The notes below the pieces were generated by a model. It was given only the letters and a program-made list of their open reading frames with translations, was not told the origin of the DNA and searched no databases. This document shows positions 21,740-32,617 of a stretch of DNA of 38,599 nt, in pieces (the stretch's first letter is position 1; the number at the start of each line of letters is the position of its first letter). The DNA is from Sanchytrium tribonematis (Eukaryota): the NCBI GenBank assembly GCA_018985235.1, contig JADGIG010000027.1:1-38599 (forward strand). Reading direction: 5' to 3'. Made by a program: the position numbers and the translations under genes.

Positions 21740-22915
21740 ATGCAATCAATTCGAGAAGATTTTATAGACCTGGCATCCATTAAATCTGGAAAGCCCGAAC
21801 TTCAAGAATGCATTAAAATATTCAATGGCGTTACTGTTCGATATAATAAGAAAGATTACCTTATCCTTAGGTGTAAATTAGATGGAAATATTAAAATCAC
21901 AAACATAAAATTAATTTCGCCAGATAAAGTAGCAACTTTAAATATAACAGAGACAGATGCATTTAAAAATTGGGATGGAGGCAAAAGCTACTATAAACAA
22001 TTTTATGGTGCAGAGGATCCCCGGATTATGCAATTTCAAAATGAGATTTATATTTATTACACTATGAATAATCCCAATCCTAGAAAACCTGTAAGAAGTT
22101 TAGGTTATATGAAATTGAAAGATGCCATAAGTGGTTCTGACATTGCTAATTTTTTAACTCCATCCATTTTCGGTCAAGATCCTGGCGAGATTGAAAAAAA
22201 TTGGCTTTTTATTTCGAATGAAACAGATATATTAGTTTTATACAACTTAAAGCCTTACATTCTTGCAGATATCAGAGATAACCAATTGGTGGCTCAGATT
22301 CAGCGAGATTATGATTGTGTTCGTAATTTTGATAGAGTTCATTTTTCAAGCAATGCTATTGAAATCGACAATAATGGTAAAGAAGAATTTATGTTTGTTT
22401 TTAATGTCCGAGAATACTCCAATCCCACAAATTATTTTCCATATGTTGGATTTTTGGAAGCCAATGCGCCTTTTCAATTATTGAGAATTACAAATCACCC
22501 CCTAAAATTTATTTCTGATGCCAAAAAATGGTCCTACGTTCAAGGTCTGACAGTCAAAAGCCAACGTCAATTCAATGCGTTTTTAAATGACACGATATTA
22601 TTTACTGGTGGTGTAGATGACGAGAAGGTATTCATGGGAGAAGCCAAACTTAAAGATTTGATGTCTATGGAAACCAAATTATGCACATTTCCAAGCAACG
22701 AGTGGAATTATTTTAAACCCGCGCAAACTTTAGTTTGCCCAATTATTAATGATACACTGGAACATGGGAATGATTCAAGGCATAGACGGCATTTCGGATA
22801 TCAGTTCTTGGTCGCGGTCATTGTCATATTTGTTTTTCTAATTGGAATTCTTTTTAAGAAAAGTAGGCAAGGAAGATCAAAAATAGTCAATTCTGCAAAA
22901 TATCATTCAATTTAA
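21740..22915 (+). CDS. Five-bladed beta-propeller carbohydrate-active protein (GT91 beta-mannosyltransferase / GH130-like) with C-terminal TM helix; start uncertain
   Basis: GAEDPRI and EKNW motifs; hydrophobic FLVAVIVIFVFLIGILF followed by a basic tail; first ATG at 21740. Confidence 0.65.
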   Translation: MQSIREDFIDLASIKSGKPELQECIKIFNGVTVRYNKKDYLILRCKLDGNIKITNIKLISPDKVATLNITETDAFKNWDGGKSYYKQFYGAEDPRIMQFQNEIYIYYTMNNPNPRKPVRSLGYMKLKDAISGSDIANFLTPSIFGQDPGEIEKNWLFISNETDILVLYNLKPYILADIRDNQLVAQIQRDYDCVRNFDRVHFSSNAIEIDNNGKEEFMFVFNVREYSNPTNYFPYVGFLEANAPFQLLRITNHPLKFISDAKKWSYVQGLTVKSQRQFNAFLNDTILFTGGVDDEKVFMGEAKLKDLMSMETKLCTFPSNEWNYFKPAQTLVCPIINDTLEHGNDSRHRRHFGYQFLVAVIVIFVFLIGILFKKSRQGRSKIVNSAKYHSI

Positions 22916-23012
22916 AATAGGATTTCCCAAAAACTTTAAGCTAGTCAATAAATCCAAATAGACAATTTATAGTGATTTTATTTTTTAGTAATAATATACC
23001 AATTAAAAACCA

Positions 23013-24953
23013 TCACCGAATTACTTTAATATCAGGTGAGATCCAAGTCTCATAATGTTTGGAATTGTGGGCATTGCCCATTGCCTTTTGCGCAATCACC
23101 TTAAAGTTATAAGTTCCAGATTTTACTTCTTCCCAATGAATCATGCTTTTTTCTTTTGTAAAACATCCCACACATTTCCCTTCCTTCACTTCAGTCACCC
23201 AAGGAATCTCCAAGTAATCTTCACCTTCCTCTAAATAAGCAATGTGTTTTGACAAACGACTTTGATATTCTAATAATCCAATCGATTTACCATTTTTAAG
23301 GACTTGAACTTGCAATGCCTCGGCAGGGTGATTCAATCTTATCAATATTTTTGGAATAGACTTGGAATTTAGTGTATTGCCATCTAATTTAGGATATCCC
23401 TTTGCAAATGTAGGAATGCTTTGATAATCTCCATAAAATCCACAATAAGGAATACTGGTGACATCTGAGTCGGAATATGCAAAAATGTAGCCACCATAAA
23501 TCCAATTGTCTGCGTATTTGAGGGTGTTATTGGGTTTGATGGTGACCGTGACTCGCGCACTCTTTCCACTTTCTATCAATATTTCTGTCGGGTTTACTGT
23601 AAATTCATTTGGTGCATTTACTGCATACAGTTTGTTATCTGATTCTCTGATTGCAACTGCACTCCTATGATCAAATTTAAAACGCCTATCTTGTTTAGCA
23701 TGATTTGTAATTTCTACTGAATGTGATTTTAATTCATTTTTCAACTCTAATTTCTCTGGATATGACACAGTAATAGCTTGAATCATTCTCACTATATTGA
23801 CCATACCACCACCTTGCTGCACCACTGGAAAAGTACTAATTGGCAATGCAGAATTGATCAAAACAGTTTTAAAATCTTCATTAGATTTGTAATATTCAGT
23901 GTAAAGCGCAGCAATACCAGCAACATATGCACTTGCAATATCTGATCCACTCCATTCTCCAAAACAATCTTTATTTCTACACATTGCTTTTGGTAATGTA
24001 GAATAAATGTCAGTGCCAGGTGCTGAAATATCTGGTTTCAATTGTAATTCACTTCCTAATCCATACGAGCTATATCCTGCAGGTCTACCATTTACATCTG
24101 TTGCCCCAACACTTATTGCAAATTGGGACAATCCAGGAGAATCCGTCATGAACAATCCTTGTTGGCCAGCATTTCCACTTGATGAAATCACAATGATTCC
24201 TTCTTCGTGCACTTGTTTAATCGCATCCATGATCACACCATGCTCCCAACCATCGTCCAAACCCATACTAATTAATATGATATCCATTTTATCACGATAA
24301 GCCATGGCAATTGCAATTAAAATATGAATATCCGAAGCGTAGCCATCTTCATCATAAACGTTGTATGCACCAAAAGTGCAAGCTGGTGCGACTCCAGAAA
24401 AGGCTCTATTATATCCACCAACGAGTCCTGCCACATGAGTGCCATGTCCTAAAATATCCATGACATCTTCTTTATCATTTGGGAAATCAAATCCAGTTTC
24501 AACTCTACAATTTGTGCCAAAGCAACCTGTTTTATCATTTCCAAAGGCTGTATGGGTGTAATCAATTCCAGTATCTACAATTCCTATTTTAACACCTTTG
24601 CCTGACACTCTGTATTGTTTCCAAGCTTGTTTGACTCCAGTCATGTCGTGTGGGTCAGTAGCTGCTGCTTTATTTGTCAGTGGCTTGAATGGTTTTAATT
24701 TGTATGATTTAGATTTGATAATTCTTTTGATATTTGGATGCTGCAAATGAGTGATTTGCTCTTCAGAATCTATGACCACTGTGTTGGTTAATAGTGTCAA
24801 ATTTTGGACTATTTTAAACTTGATGTTTTCATTCAAGAATTTCAAGACTTGAGATTGTGATTTCTCAATGTGATATTTGGGAGTCCCTGAAATTAATGGC
24901 TTATCCTTCAATTGGACCAAATACAATGTCGCAGATACGATTGAAATAAACAT
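23013..24953 (-). CDS. Secreted subtilisin S8 homolog with Fn3-like C-terminal domain; catalytic Ser replaced
   Basis: VDTG, HGTH, SSGN and KPDISAPG motifs; GSDIAS in place of GTSMAS; short hydrophobic N-terminus. Confidence 0.9.
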   Translation of the reverse strand: MFISIVSATLYLVQLKDKPLISGTPKYHIEKSQSQVLKFLNENIKFKIVQNLTLLTNTVVIDSEEQITHLQHPNIKRIIKSKSYKLKPFKPLTNKAAATDPHDMTGVKQAWKQYRVSGKGVKIGIVDTGIDYTHTAFGNDKTGCFGTNCRVETGFDFPNDKEDVMDILGHGTHVAGLVGGYNRAFSGVAPACTFGAYNVYDEDGYASDIHILIAIAMAYRDKMDIILISMGLDDGWEHGVIMDAIKQVHEEGIIVISSSGNAGQQGLFMTDSPGLSQFAISVGATDVNGRPAGYSSYGLGSELQLKPDISAPGTDIYSTLPKAMCRNKDCFGEWSGSDIASAYVAGIAALYTEYYKSNEDFKTVLINSALPISTFPVVQQGGGMVNIVRMIQAITVSYPEKLELKNELKSHSVEITNHAKQDRRFKFDHRSAVAIRESDNKLYAVNAPNEFTVNPTEILIESGKSARVTVTIKPNNTLKYADNWIYGGYIFAYSDSDVTSIPYCGFYGDYQSIPTFAKGYPKLDGNTLNSKSIPKILIRLNHPAEALQVQVLKNGKSIGLLEYQSRLSKHIAYLEEGEDYLEIPWVTEVKEGKCVGCFTKEKSMIHWEEVKSGTYNFKVIAQKAMGNAHNSKHYETWISPDIKVIR

Positions 24954-25198
24954 TTAGTGTGGCAGGTGAGAATTAATATCTTTATATTGTGGATGAGATC
25001 ATAATGGTGTAAATAAATATCCACGTGATTTTGGCAGATGTTGAAAATATAAACGAAGTATCGAATCATTGGCATATGAAAACTCTCAATTTGTAATTAA
25101 GAAATCAACCGGGCTAATCATGACTGTTGATATGCACGCTTATGGAGCGATTGCGTCATTTAGTCCCTCCAGGGTTTGGGGAAATTCTCCTTCTTAAC

Positions 25199-27427
25199 AT
25201 GAGCACGAATACAATCTCGGACTTGTACGAGGAATGGGTTTCTGCTTTAGAAATGAATCAGGATCTTTCTAGCCCTAAGAAGAGATCATTTATTAACTCG
25301 ATGCAAAAATTTCTGCAATATATCGATCCTAGTCAATTAAAAGAGATTTTCAATATGGAGAATGTGCGAACAATGATTTTAAATTTTTTGAGAGAGGCTA
25401 ATCATTATGGAAACAAAAAATTGCCATTAGAGGGCTTCTTCTCGTTTTGTACCTTTGCTGACATACCTCAAATTGAACGGGAAGAAATTAATGAAGAGCC
25501 ACATATCATAACGCACAGCAGATTAAGAAGTGGTTCTAAGACACCTTCTACTCTGGTTGACAATGACTATTCCAGCTATAGCTCTAAGATTGAAGATTCT
25601 GGGACCGTAGTAAATGAAACCAATTCTGAATGTGAAATGGCAAAAGATGTAATATATGCCACAATTCGCGAAATTAGTGATTCAACTCTACAGATACGCT
25701 ATAAGAAAAGATATAGTTCATTCTTAATTTCTTTTATTGAATTTGTAGGTGACGCGCCTATTGGCGATATTTTAAATTTGAGTATGGATTTTTTGAACAA
25801 GAATGAAGGAGATAAATTTTGCGCTACAGCTATCAGGAAAGTATTGAAAAAACTGAATCTTAATCTACCAAAGATGGAGAGTGTCAAACTCGATGATGAA
25901 GATACAGAAATTCTACAAGATTTACCAGAGCTTTCAGATTTGGAACGGAGATCTGTTGCTTCATTTTGTACTCAGATTATTGAAGAAATGTCAAATCATT
26001 TACCTTCTGAAGAGATTTCCAATTTTGCAGCATTTTGTATAAGTAATAATTACCCCATTTCAAGACTTGATCAAGCATTTGAGACATTTGGCCCAACAAT
26101 GACAAATCTTCTAGCTAAGATTGCCGTTCATGGCTCAATAGACTACCACTTTAAAAGGCCTTCTGTGGCTGTTGTTTGTAAATCTGTTTTACTTGATCTA
26201 AGTAATTGTCGCAAAAAGTTGCAATATAGTTTGAAAAAGAGATGCGGAATTTTTTACGAAACTTGTTACCAATATAATTTATCGAGTGAGGATATGGATG
26301 GTGCGATCGATTTTGTTTTGGATAGTTTATCAAGTAAAAAAGAAAAGCAGTCTATGGCCAATTTTGGCAAAAAATTGAAGATGTATTACGAAAATATAAT
26401 AGAACAAATGAACTCGCCATCAGAATCTCAAGCTGAAAATATTACAAGACCATTTTCAGATATCAACGAATTATGCTCTTTGGCCATCGATAGCCTTCCA
26501 AATAATAGTGATGGAAATTACACAAATGAGATTTTGGAATTTAAAAAGTTTTTCAATGATTATAACTATACAAATGATGAAATAGAATTAGCACTCTCCG
26601 ATCACACGCAGGATTTTATAAACGAAAACAATATCGCTTTTCTCTCTGTTTGGAAGGCAGCTGGGTACTCGGATATAGATGAATTTATTCAAATTGATAA
26701 TGCTGAGGACGCAGTAGCTGTAGAGGAGCCCGAAATCATCCAGCAGGAAGCACCAACTCAACCAGAGACACCTTTGATTGAAGTAATTAAATCATTACCG
26801 CTAGAGCCAATAGAGAAGCCAATTTTACTTCAAAATCAAATAGATAATCAACCAGAACCAGTCAATGTTGAGATTCATAAATCTATAGTTGAAACTTTCG
26901 AAGAATTACCCAATCAAAAACAAGACGAGACAAATTTGGTAGACAAAATTAAATTACAAGAAACAAATCAGAACACAATCAATGTCAATGAAGTCTCTCA
27001 AAATGAATTGAAATTGTTTGATTTATACTTGGAAAAGTATATTTGCCATCTGAAGTCACAAGATATTGAAGAAATTGTGATAAATGATCATAAAGCAGCA
27101 GCCAGTAATTTTATCAACTTCTGCTCAGCTAAAAAATATACTCGGCAAGAAGAGATTAAGCAAGCATTAAAAGAATATTTTCATTTAAACAAAAATAGAC
27201 CTCAAGATTTGAAAATTTTAAAGGATATATGCAATTACTCAGGATACAGCTGGAGAGAAATTGGAATTGAACCTATACCAAAAACAAAGTCCATCATTGA
27301 ATCCCTCAATGAGAATTTAGCCCCCAAAGCGGATACCCGTCCCCTGATTATTGGTCGAACAAGTAGAGTATCATCCGAAGATGAAGCTGAAAAAGAGACA
27401 AAACTGCAACCTGATGCCTTTATATAA
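25199..27427 (+). CDS. Helical-module repeat protein, paralog 1 of 4
   Basis: Long ORF (likely ATG 25199); shares SRLRS, EIELAL and FxxFC modules with the three downstream ORFs. Confidence 0.8.
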   Translation: MSTNTISDLYEEWVSALEMNQDLSSPKKRSFINSMQKFLQYIDPSQLKEIFNMENVRTMILNFLREANHYGNKKLPLEGFFSFCTFADIPQIEREEINEEPHIITHSRLRSGSKTPSTLVDNDYSSYSSKIEDSGTVVNETNSECEMAKDVIYATIREISDSTLQIRYKKRYSSFLISFIEFVGDAPIGDILNLSMDFLNKNEGDKFCATAIRKVLKKLNLNLPKMESVKLDDEDTEILQDLPELSDLERRSVASFCTQIIEEMSNHLPSEEISNFAAFCISNNYPISRLDQAFETFGPTMTNLLAKIAVHGSIDYHFKRPSVAVVCKSVLLDLSNCRKKLQYSLKKRCGIFYETCYQYNLSSEDMDGAIDFVLDSLSSKKEKQSMANFGKKLKMYYENIIEQMNSPSESQAENITRPFSDINELCSLAIDSLPNNSDGNYTNEILEFKKFFNDYNYTNDEIELALSDHTQDFINENNIAFLSVWKAAGYSDIDEFIQIDNAEDAVAVEEPEIIQQEAPTQPETPLIEVIKSLPLEPIEKPILLQNQIDNQPEPVNVEIHKSIVETFEELPNQKQDETNLVDKIKLQETNQNTINVNEVSQNELKLFDLYLEKYICHLKSQDIEEIVINDHKAAASNFINFCSAKKYTRQEEIKQALKEYFHLNKNRPQDLKILKDICNYSGYSWREIGIEPIPKTKSIIESLNENLAPKADTRPLIIGRTSRVSSEDEAEKETKLQPDAFI

Positions 27428-27532
27428 GCACCAAGTCGCACCTATGAATCACAATAAATTGAAAACGTCTAAAAATCTTTCTCCTGTTTCTCCTTTGTTT
27501 GGAAATTTGCGACAGCAGTTCACAGCGCAAAA

Positions 27533-30502
27533 ATGATCGAATCGAATAATCCAAAAACAATAACAGAGATCGCAAAATTATGCGAGATAGATTTGATGAA
27601 TACAGATAGAAAAGATGTCTACAAGAAGCTGCACGTCGGACATCTATACAAATTTGTTGAGTGGTGCAATGAGCGCAATAGCGAAAGCGTCGACGAATTA
27701 TTTGAATGCAGTTTACGTTTTCTCCAAAAAGTTACTTACCATGGGTACTGTACACACCCTTCGAAACTTATGATTCGAAAAATGTGTGAAAAAGCTGGCA
27801 TTCAAATGCCTTCCCCAAATGAAATTAAAGAAAAGCCATTAGAATTAACAACTTCTAGATTAAGATCTAAAACTAAAACAGAAGAGACGCACTCTTCTTT
27901 GGAAGAATCACATCAAGATGCAATTTCCATTGATGAGCAACAATCAGATGCATCTGAATCTGAATCTGATCATCCTATTACGAACCTGAATGAATTATCT
28001 TCAGAAGAGTCGATGCCAGAAGATGATGTTGCTGTTTATGAAGATGACAGTGAATCTGAAGACGAACTATCAATGGATGCTCCTGCAAGAGTAGTTGTCC
28101 GATTGAGCGGTTCAGAATCAGATGCAAATACAGAATCAAACTTCAAAAATATGAAAGAAGTTATCAAATTCGCATTGCGCAATTTAAAAGAGTCCGCTTC
28201 CAAAGTTATGTACAAGAAACATAGATATGTTTTTAAACAATTTCTTGAATTTTTTGGAAGCTCTCCCTTATCAGAAACTAGATCAAAAATTACAGAATTT
28301 ATCACTTCAAGATGCAAAACCCAAAACACTGTCAGTGCATACCGTTATTATTTGAGAAAATTAACTAATGTGCTAAATACAGAACTTCCCCCTTGTATCG
28401 AGACTGATATTACATCTAGAAATAAGCGTAAAAATCTTTCTTTGCTAGAAAATGGAAAAAAGAGACAGAAAATCACAAGTTTTAATCAAATCCCAAATGT
28501 TTCCGTTTTATTCAAATATATCATTTTGAATGTACCAGACAATCTTCCGAAAGAGGACATATATTATTTTAACACATATTGCATAGACCATAATATACAG
28601 CTGAATGGTATTAAAAAAGCATTTATTTCCTACAAATCAAAAATTGAGAAACCAGGAATAGTCGATTACTTAAATGATGTTATCGTAAATGAACATATAA
28701 CGGGGGATATTTCTAAGTTACTTAGCGAGTCTAGCTTAGCCGAAACACCTATTTTAAAAAAAATTGGAAAATCTTTGAAACAATCTAATCCACTTTTGAA
28801 GTTATTAAATTATTCTACCACTTATTTTAAAGATCTTGCGCCAAGTAGTCGTAAAAGCTACCTCGCATATCTGGAAGAATTCAAAGAATTATGTAAGGAT
28901 CATCATTTGAGAGATTTAGAAGAAGCATCGGAGAAATTTTTGAGTTTGAAAGAACACGAAAATGAATCGAATTACAAATTGGCTAGAGCAATGATGAAGA
29001 GAGTTAGAAAAGCCTCTCAAGATTATGAATTTATGGATATTGTTGATAAATCCCAGGATGGAGTATCTGATTTGCGTAAATCGAAGTACGATTACTCAGA
29101 GGTTCTACAAGATCGAGAAGCAGCTCTTTTTCAACCCTCAAGAATCCAAGAGATGACTCCACATTTAAGTGCAACTTCTCCTTCGAATTCGCCTATGCAT
29201 ATTTCAAATATTTGTCAGTCAGTTAAACATAGAAGCTTAAATTTACCAGATCGAGAAAAATTTGATAACGAAGTAAACCAATTTGAATCCTATTTTACTT
29301 CTCATCATTATTCTAATAGAGAATTAGAATTAGCTTTGACTAATTATAAACAAGATTACTTGAGGAATCAAGAAATGATGCTTGATAAAATATTAAATGC
29401 TTATAGGTTCGAGAAAAAACAGGAGATGCTGGGACTTCCACTGTTTTCTCCCAAATCAGTGAGTCCCCGTCTAAATTCTTGGACCATCAAAAAGCAAGAG
29501 AAACAATATGATAGCCCTGAAGAGCCAATATCAATTTCTCCGGTAAGGCTATCCATTGATGAAAATGAAGCGACTGAATCATCTGAGTATAGAGGTGAAA
29601 ATGTTGTACATACTATTTTTAAGCACGTCCAGTCTGAAGTAACTGGGAACAAACAGACTGTGAGAGACAAATTGAGGGTTCTCGACCACTTTATAGAATT
29701 TTGTCACGAATACAACGTGTCCACGATCGAACAGCTAAGATCTTCCATGATTGAATATCTTTCTACTCTCCAAAATTCAGAGTCTCGAAACCGGGCAATG
29801 CTGAAGCAAATATGTTTCTGTGCTGACTTAGATTGGGAGGAAATCGATTTGCAAGTCAAAAATATCAAAACAAGAAATGTAGCATATCCAAGTATAATTG
29901 CAGAAAATTCAAATTTGTCTCTAATGAATCCCATTCCTAGTAAAGCCAGAGATTTACATTCTGTAGAAGAAGTCAATCAACTATTTGATTCCAGTCATGA
30001 TGGATCGATTGGAAACAGTAATTTGGAAGAAATATGTCGAACTGCTTTGGATTTGTTGTACGTTGATCTTGAATGCCAAAGTCGTTATGAGAGTTGTTGT
30101 CGAGAATTTATCGACTTCTGTGCGCAGCACTCTATTGAAGCAGATATTGAGTCTCGAATAATAAGTTTTTTAATATCTAAATCGGAAGATAATAATTTAT
30201 TTGAGGATGTCAAAGTTATCATGAGAAAAATTTGTGAATTGTCAAATCTTGACTTCGATGAATTAATACAGCAAAATTATCTCGCAGGTAAATTGACCGA
30301 ATTTGATGATATTTCTGCTAATTCATCCGATAGCGAGGCTCCACCTGCATTTAATGAAAGGGGTTTGCTAAAGAATTCAATTGTAAGGTCAGTCCCAAAA
30401 AGCCTTAAAATAGGTGATTTGATGTCAGAAACTTCTTTATTACATGGAGACCTAGACGAGGATAATGTCGAGAGAGCTATTAATGAGTTTATAAAGGAAT
30501 GA
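27533..30502 (+). CDS. Helical-module repeat protein, paralog 2 of 4
   Basis: 989-aa ORF; LAPSSRKSYLAYLEEFKELC, SRLRS, ELELALTNYK; acidic linker and bipartite NLS-like segment. Confidence 0.85.
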   Translation: MIESNNPKTITEIAKLCEIDLMNTDRKDVYKKLHVGHLYKFVEWCNERNSESVDELFECSLRFLQKVTYHGYCTHPSKLMIRKMCEKAGIQMPSPNEIKEKPLELTTSRLRSKTKTEETHSSLEESHQDAISIDEQQSDASESESDHPITNLNELSSEESMPEDDVAVYEDDSESEDELSMDAPARVVVRLSGSESDANTESNFKNMKEVIKFALRNLKESASKVMYKKHRYVFKQFLEFFGSSPLSETRSKITEFITSRCKTQNTVSAYRYYLRKLTNVLNTELPPCIETDITSRNKRKNLSLLENGKKRQKITSFNQIPNVSVLFKYIILNVPDNLPKEDIYYFNTYCIDHNIQLNGIKKAFISYKSKIEKPGIVDYLNDVIVNEHITGDISKLLSESSLAETPILKKIGKSLKQSNPLLKLLNYSTTYFKDLAPSSRKSYLAYLEEFKELCKDHHLRDLEEASEKFLSLKEHENESNYKLARAMMKRVRKASQDYEFMDIVDKSQDGVSDLRKSKYDYSEVLQDREAALFQPSRIQEMTPHLSATSPSNSPMHISNICQSVKHRSLNLPDREKFDNEVNQFESYFTSHHYSNRELELALTNYKQDYLRNQEMMLDKILNAYRFEKKQEMLGLPLFSPKSVSPRLNSWTIKKQEKQYDSPEEPISISPVRLSIDENEATESSEYRGENVVHTIFKHVQSEVTGNKQTVRDKLRVLDHFIEFCHEYNVSTIEQLRSSMIEYLSTLQNSESRNRAMLKQICFCADLDWEEIDLQVKNIKTRNVAYPSIIAENSNLSLMNPIPSKARDLHSVEEVNQLFDSSHDGSIGNSNLEEICRTALDLLYVDLECQSRYESCCREFIDFCAQHSIEADIESRIISFLISKSEDNNLFEDVKVIMRKICELSNLDFDELIQQNYLAGKLTEFDDISANSSDSEAPPAFNERGLLKNSIVRSVPKSLKIGDLMSETSLLHGDLDEDNVERAINEFIKE

Positions 30503-30542
30503 AATTTAATAAAATATTTTATCTCCGTGAAAATTGCTTGAA

Positions 30543-32519
30543 ATGCAAATTCATAACTTATCTTCGTCAGATGGAAATGAAATTGAACATATATTTGATC
30601 TATGCATCAGTGATGTAGAGAACAACCAAAACAAAACTGACAACAATAAAGACCTACAAAAAAAAGCATTGTGGAAATTTCGTGAATTTTGCACACAGGA
30701 AAACATAACCCAACATTCTCAGCTTCGTGAAGCATCCCTGAAATTCCTACAAAAAGATACATTTAGTGGCACATTTACAAAAGCTGGTGTAAAACCAGCT
30801 GTATTTAGATTTTGCGAAATTGCAAATGTGCGAGCGCCATCTACTGATGAAATCAAAGACCAGTCACACAAGATTGTCGCTTCTCGATTGCGTTCTAGGA
30901 CTGTTAACAAATCAGTAGAAGTTGAGCCTAATGTGGAAAGATATGGAGCGAAATTCGCAAAAATTCAAAATTTATCAAGTTCTGAACAAAAAATTCCAAT
31001 TATGGACTCTGATGAAAATTCTTTAGCTGTTAATAATCTGATTGAAAGTGTAATTGCATCATTCCCCCAAAAATGGTCAGATTCCACTAAAACGGGCACG
31101 GCTAGTGTTGTTAGGCAATTCGGCAGATATATGAAGAATCGAAACATTTCTGAAGTAATTGATATGATCCCTTTGTTTATTAAGCAAACCCACAAAAGCA
31201 AAAGATCTTTTTACCTTCTCAGATCAAGGTTGAGAACAATCACAAATTATTTAGATATACCAATGCCTGATGTTGATATTACTCGCAATCAATTTTCGGC
31301 AATTCAAGTCAGAGGTCACAAGGAAAAGCAGATTACGCCTAAATCTAAAGTTATTCCTAAAGCAAAATTTACAAACCACTTTTCGCTTTTAAACAAAACA
31401 ATCGATTCTGTTAGAAAAACATTTAAGGATTTTGCCAAATCAACAGTTGCAAAATATGATGGAATTCTAAATGGATTTACAATGTTTTGTAAAAATACCA
31501 CAATCGAATCGCAAGAGCAACTGCTGAATGCCAGTCTTAATTTTATAGACTCTTTTGAGCCTGGACATCAAAGGAATAAAGCAAAAATTGTATTGAAGAA
31601 GGTCTTAATATCTGCTGAAATTTGGGAGGAAAATTTGTTTGAGAGGCGTACATCTGCAGTCGATATGGATTTGTCAGAACCATCTATTATTTCAGTTGCA
31701 ACTGAAAAATCTGATAATGTCGATAGATGGGAATCTCCAGTGAAAAACGAAAAACTAACTGCCAATATAAAGCAGCCAAAAGTGTTAGAGAACAAATCAA
31801 ATACTTTTGTTAGCATCGATTTACTATGTGCTTCAGTTTTAGAAAAGTCGCCAGAACCATTGGGCTTGATGCAACAAGATATATTTCAATTTAAAGAGTA
31901 TTTTAATTTACATCAATACGGTATTGATGAAATTGAATTAGCTATTACAAATTACAAAGAGGATTTACTCAGGGAAAAAGAATTTGTTTTAAGCAAAATT
32001 TACAATACATTTTTATTCATGCAAAGGAAAAATATTGAAAATCTGGGAACGCCATTTAGAAGCCAAATTCCTTTAAATATTAATCCCATTTTATCTAATA
32101 GGCAAGAACAAACCCCGCCTCTGTTGGGGCGCTCTCTTGATGTAATCAGTCCCATAAATTATGCTACGAAGGAAAAGGTCATGGTCCAGAAACGCAAAAC
32201 TTCAGTTTTGAGGGATAGAAAAATACGTAAACATGAAAGTGAAATAAGGAAAATTTGCGATAGTCTTTTGGCTAATACAGATTATAAGCCTTCTACAATG
32301 GAACATTATTCGAGAATTATTAACCGATTTGTGCAGTCCTGCCACAGCTGGAATATGTTTGACATAACACAATTAAAACAGGGCATTAGAAGATATGTAG
32401 CTGAAAATCCGTTTCCAAATGACAGAACTAAATGCGTTCTTAGAAAACTGGCACTTGCTGCCAAAATTAATGCTGTTGATATTCTAGGCAAAGGTCGGGC
32501 GACTAAACTGATCAAGTAA
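30543..32519 (+). CDS. Helical-module repeat protein, paralog 3 of 4
   Basis: First ATG at 30543; FAKSTVAKY..F..FC, YKPSTMEHY..F..C, SRLRS, EIELAITNYK. Confidence 0.85.
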   Translation: MQIHNLSSSDGNEIEHIFDLCISDVENNQNKTDNNKDLQKKALWKFREFCTQENITQHSQLREASLKFLQKDTFSGTFTKAGVKPAVFRFCEIANVRAPSTDEIKDQSHKIVASRLRSRTVNKSVEVEPNVERYGAKFAKIQNLSSSEQKIPIMDSDENSLAVNNLIESVIASFPQKWSDSTKTGTASVVRQFGRYMKNRNISEVIDMIPLFIKQTHKSKRSFYLLRSRLRTITNYLDIPMPDVDITRNQFSAIQVRGHKEKQITPKSKVIPKAKFTNHFSLLNKTIDSVRKTFKDFAKSTVAKYDGILNGFTMFCKNTTIESQEQLLNASLNFIDSFEPGHQRNKAKIVLKKVLISAEIWEENLFERRTSAVDMDLSEPSIISVATEKSDNVDRWESPVKNEKLTANIKQPKVLENKSNTFVSIDLLCASVLEKSPEPLGLMQQDIFQFKEYFNLHQYGIDEIELAITNYKEDLLREKEFVLSKIYNTFLFMQRKNIENLGTPFRSQIPLNINPILSNRQEQTPPLLGRSLDVISPINYATKEKVMVQKRKTSVLRDRKIRKHESEIRKICDSLLANTDYKPSTMEHYSRIINRFVQSCHSWNMFDITQLKQGIRRYVAENPFPNDRTKCVLRKLALAAKINAVDILGKGRATKLIK

Positions 32520-32617
32520 TTTGGCTAGTTGGATTTTGACAATTTTCGTCTTTATATATATTGGCAAAACTAATAAAAAACATTTTAATCTCCTTGAAAA
32601 TTGCAAATTACCTTGAT

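Noticed and set aside
27427..27533. Possibility that paralogs 1 and 2 are exons of one gene
   Set aside because: Paralog 2 restarts the same module order (module 1 + SRLRS) from its own ATG, and an AATAAA follows the paralog 1 stop.
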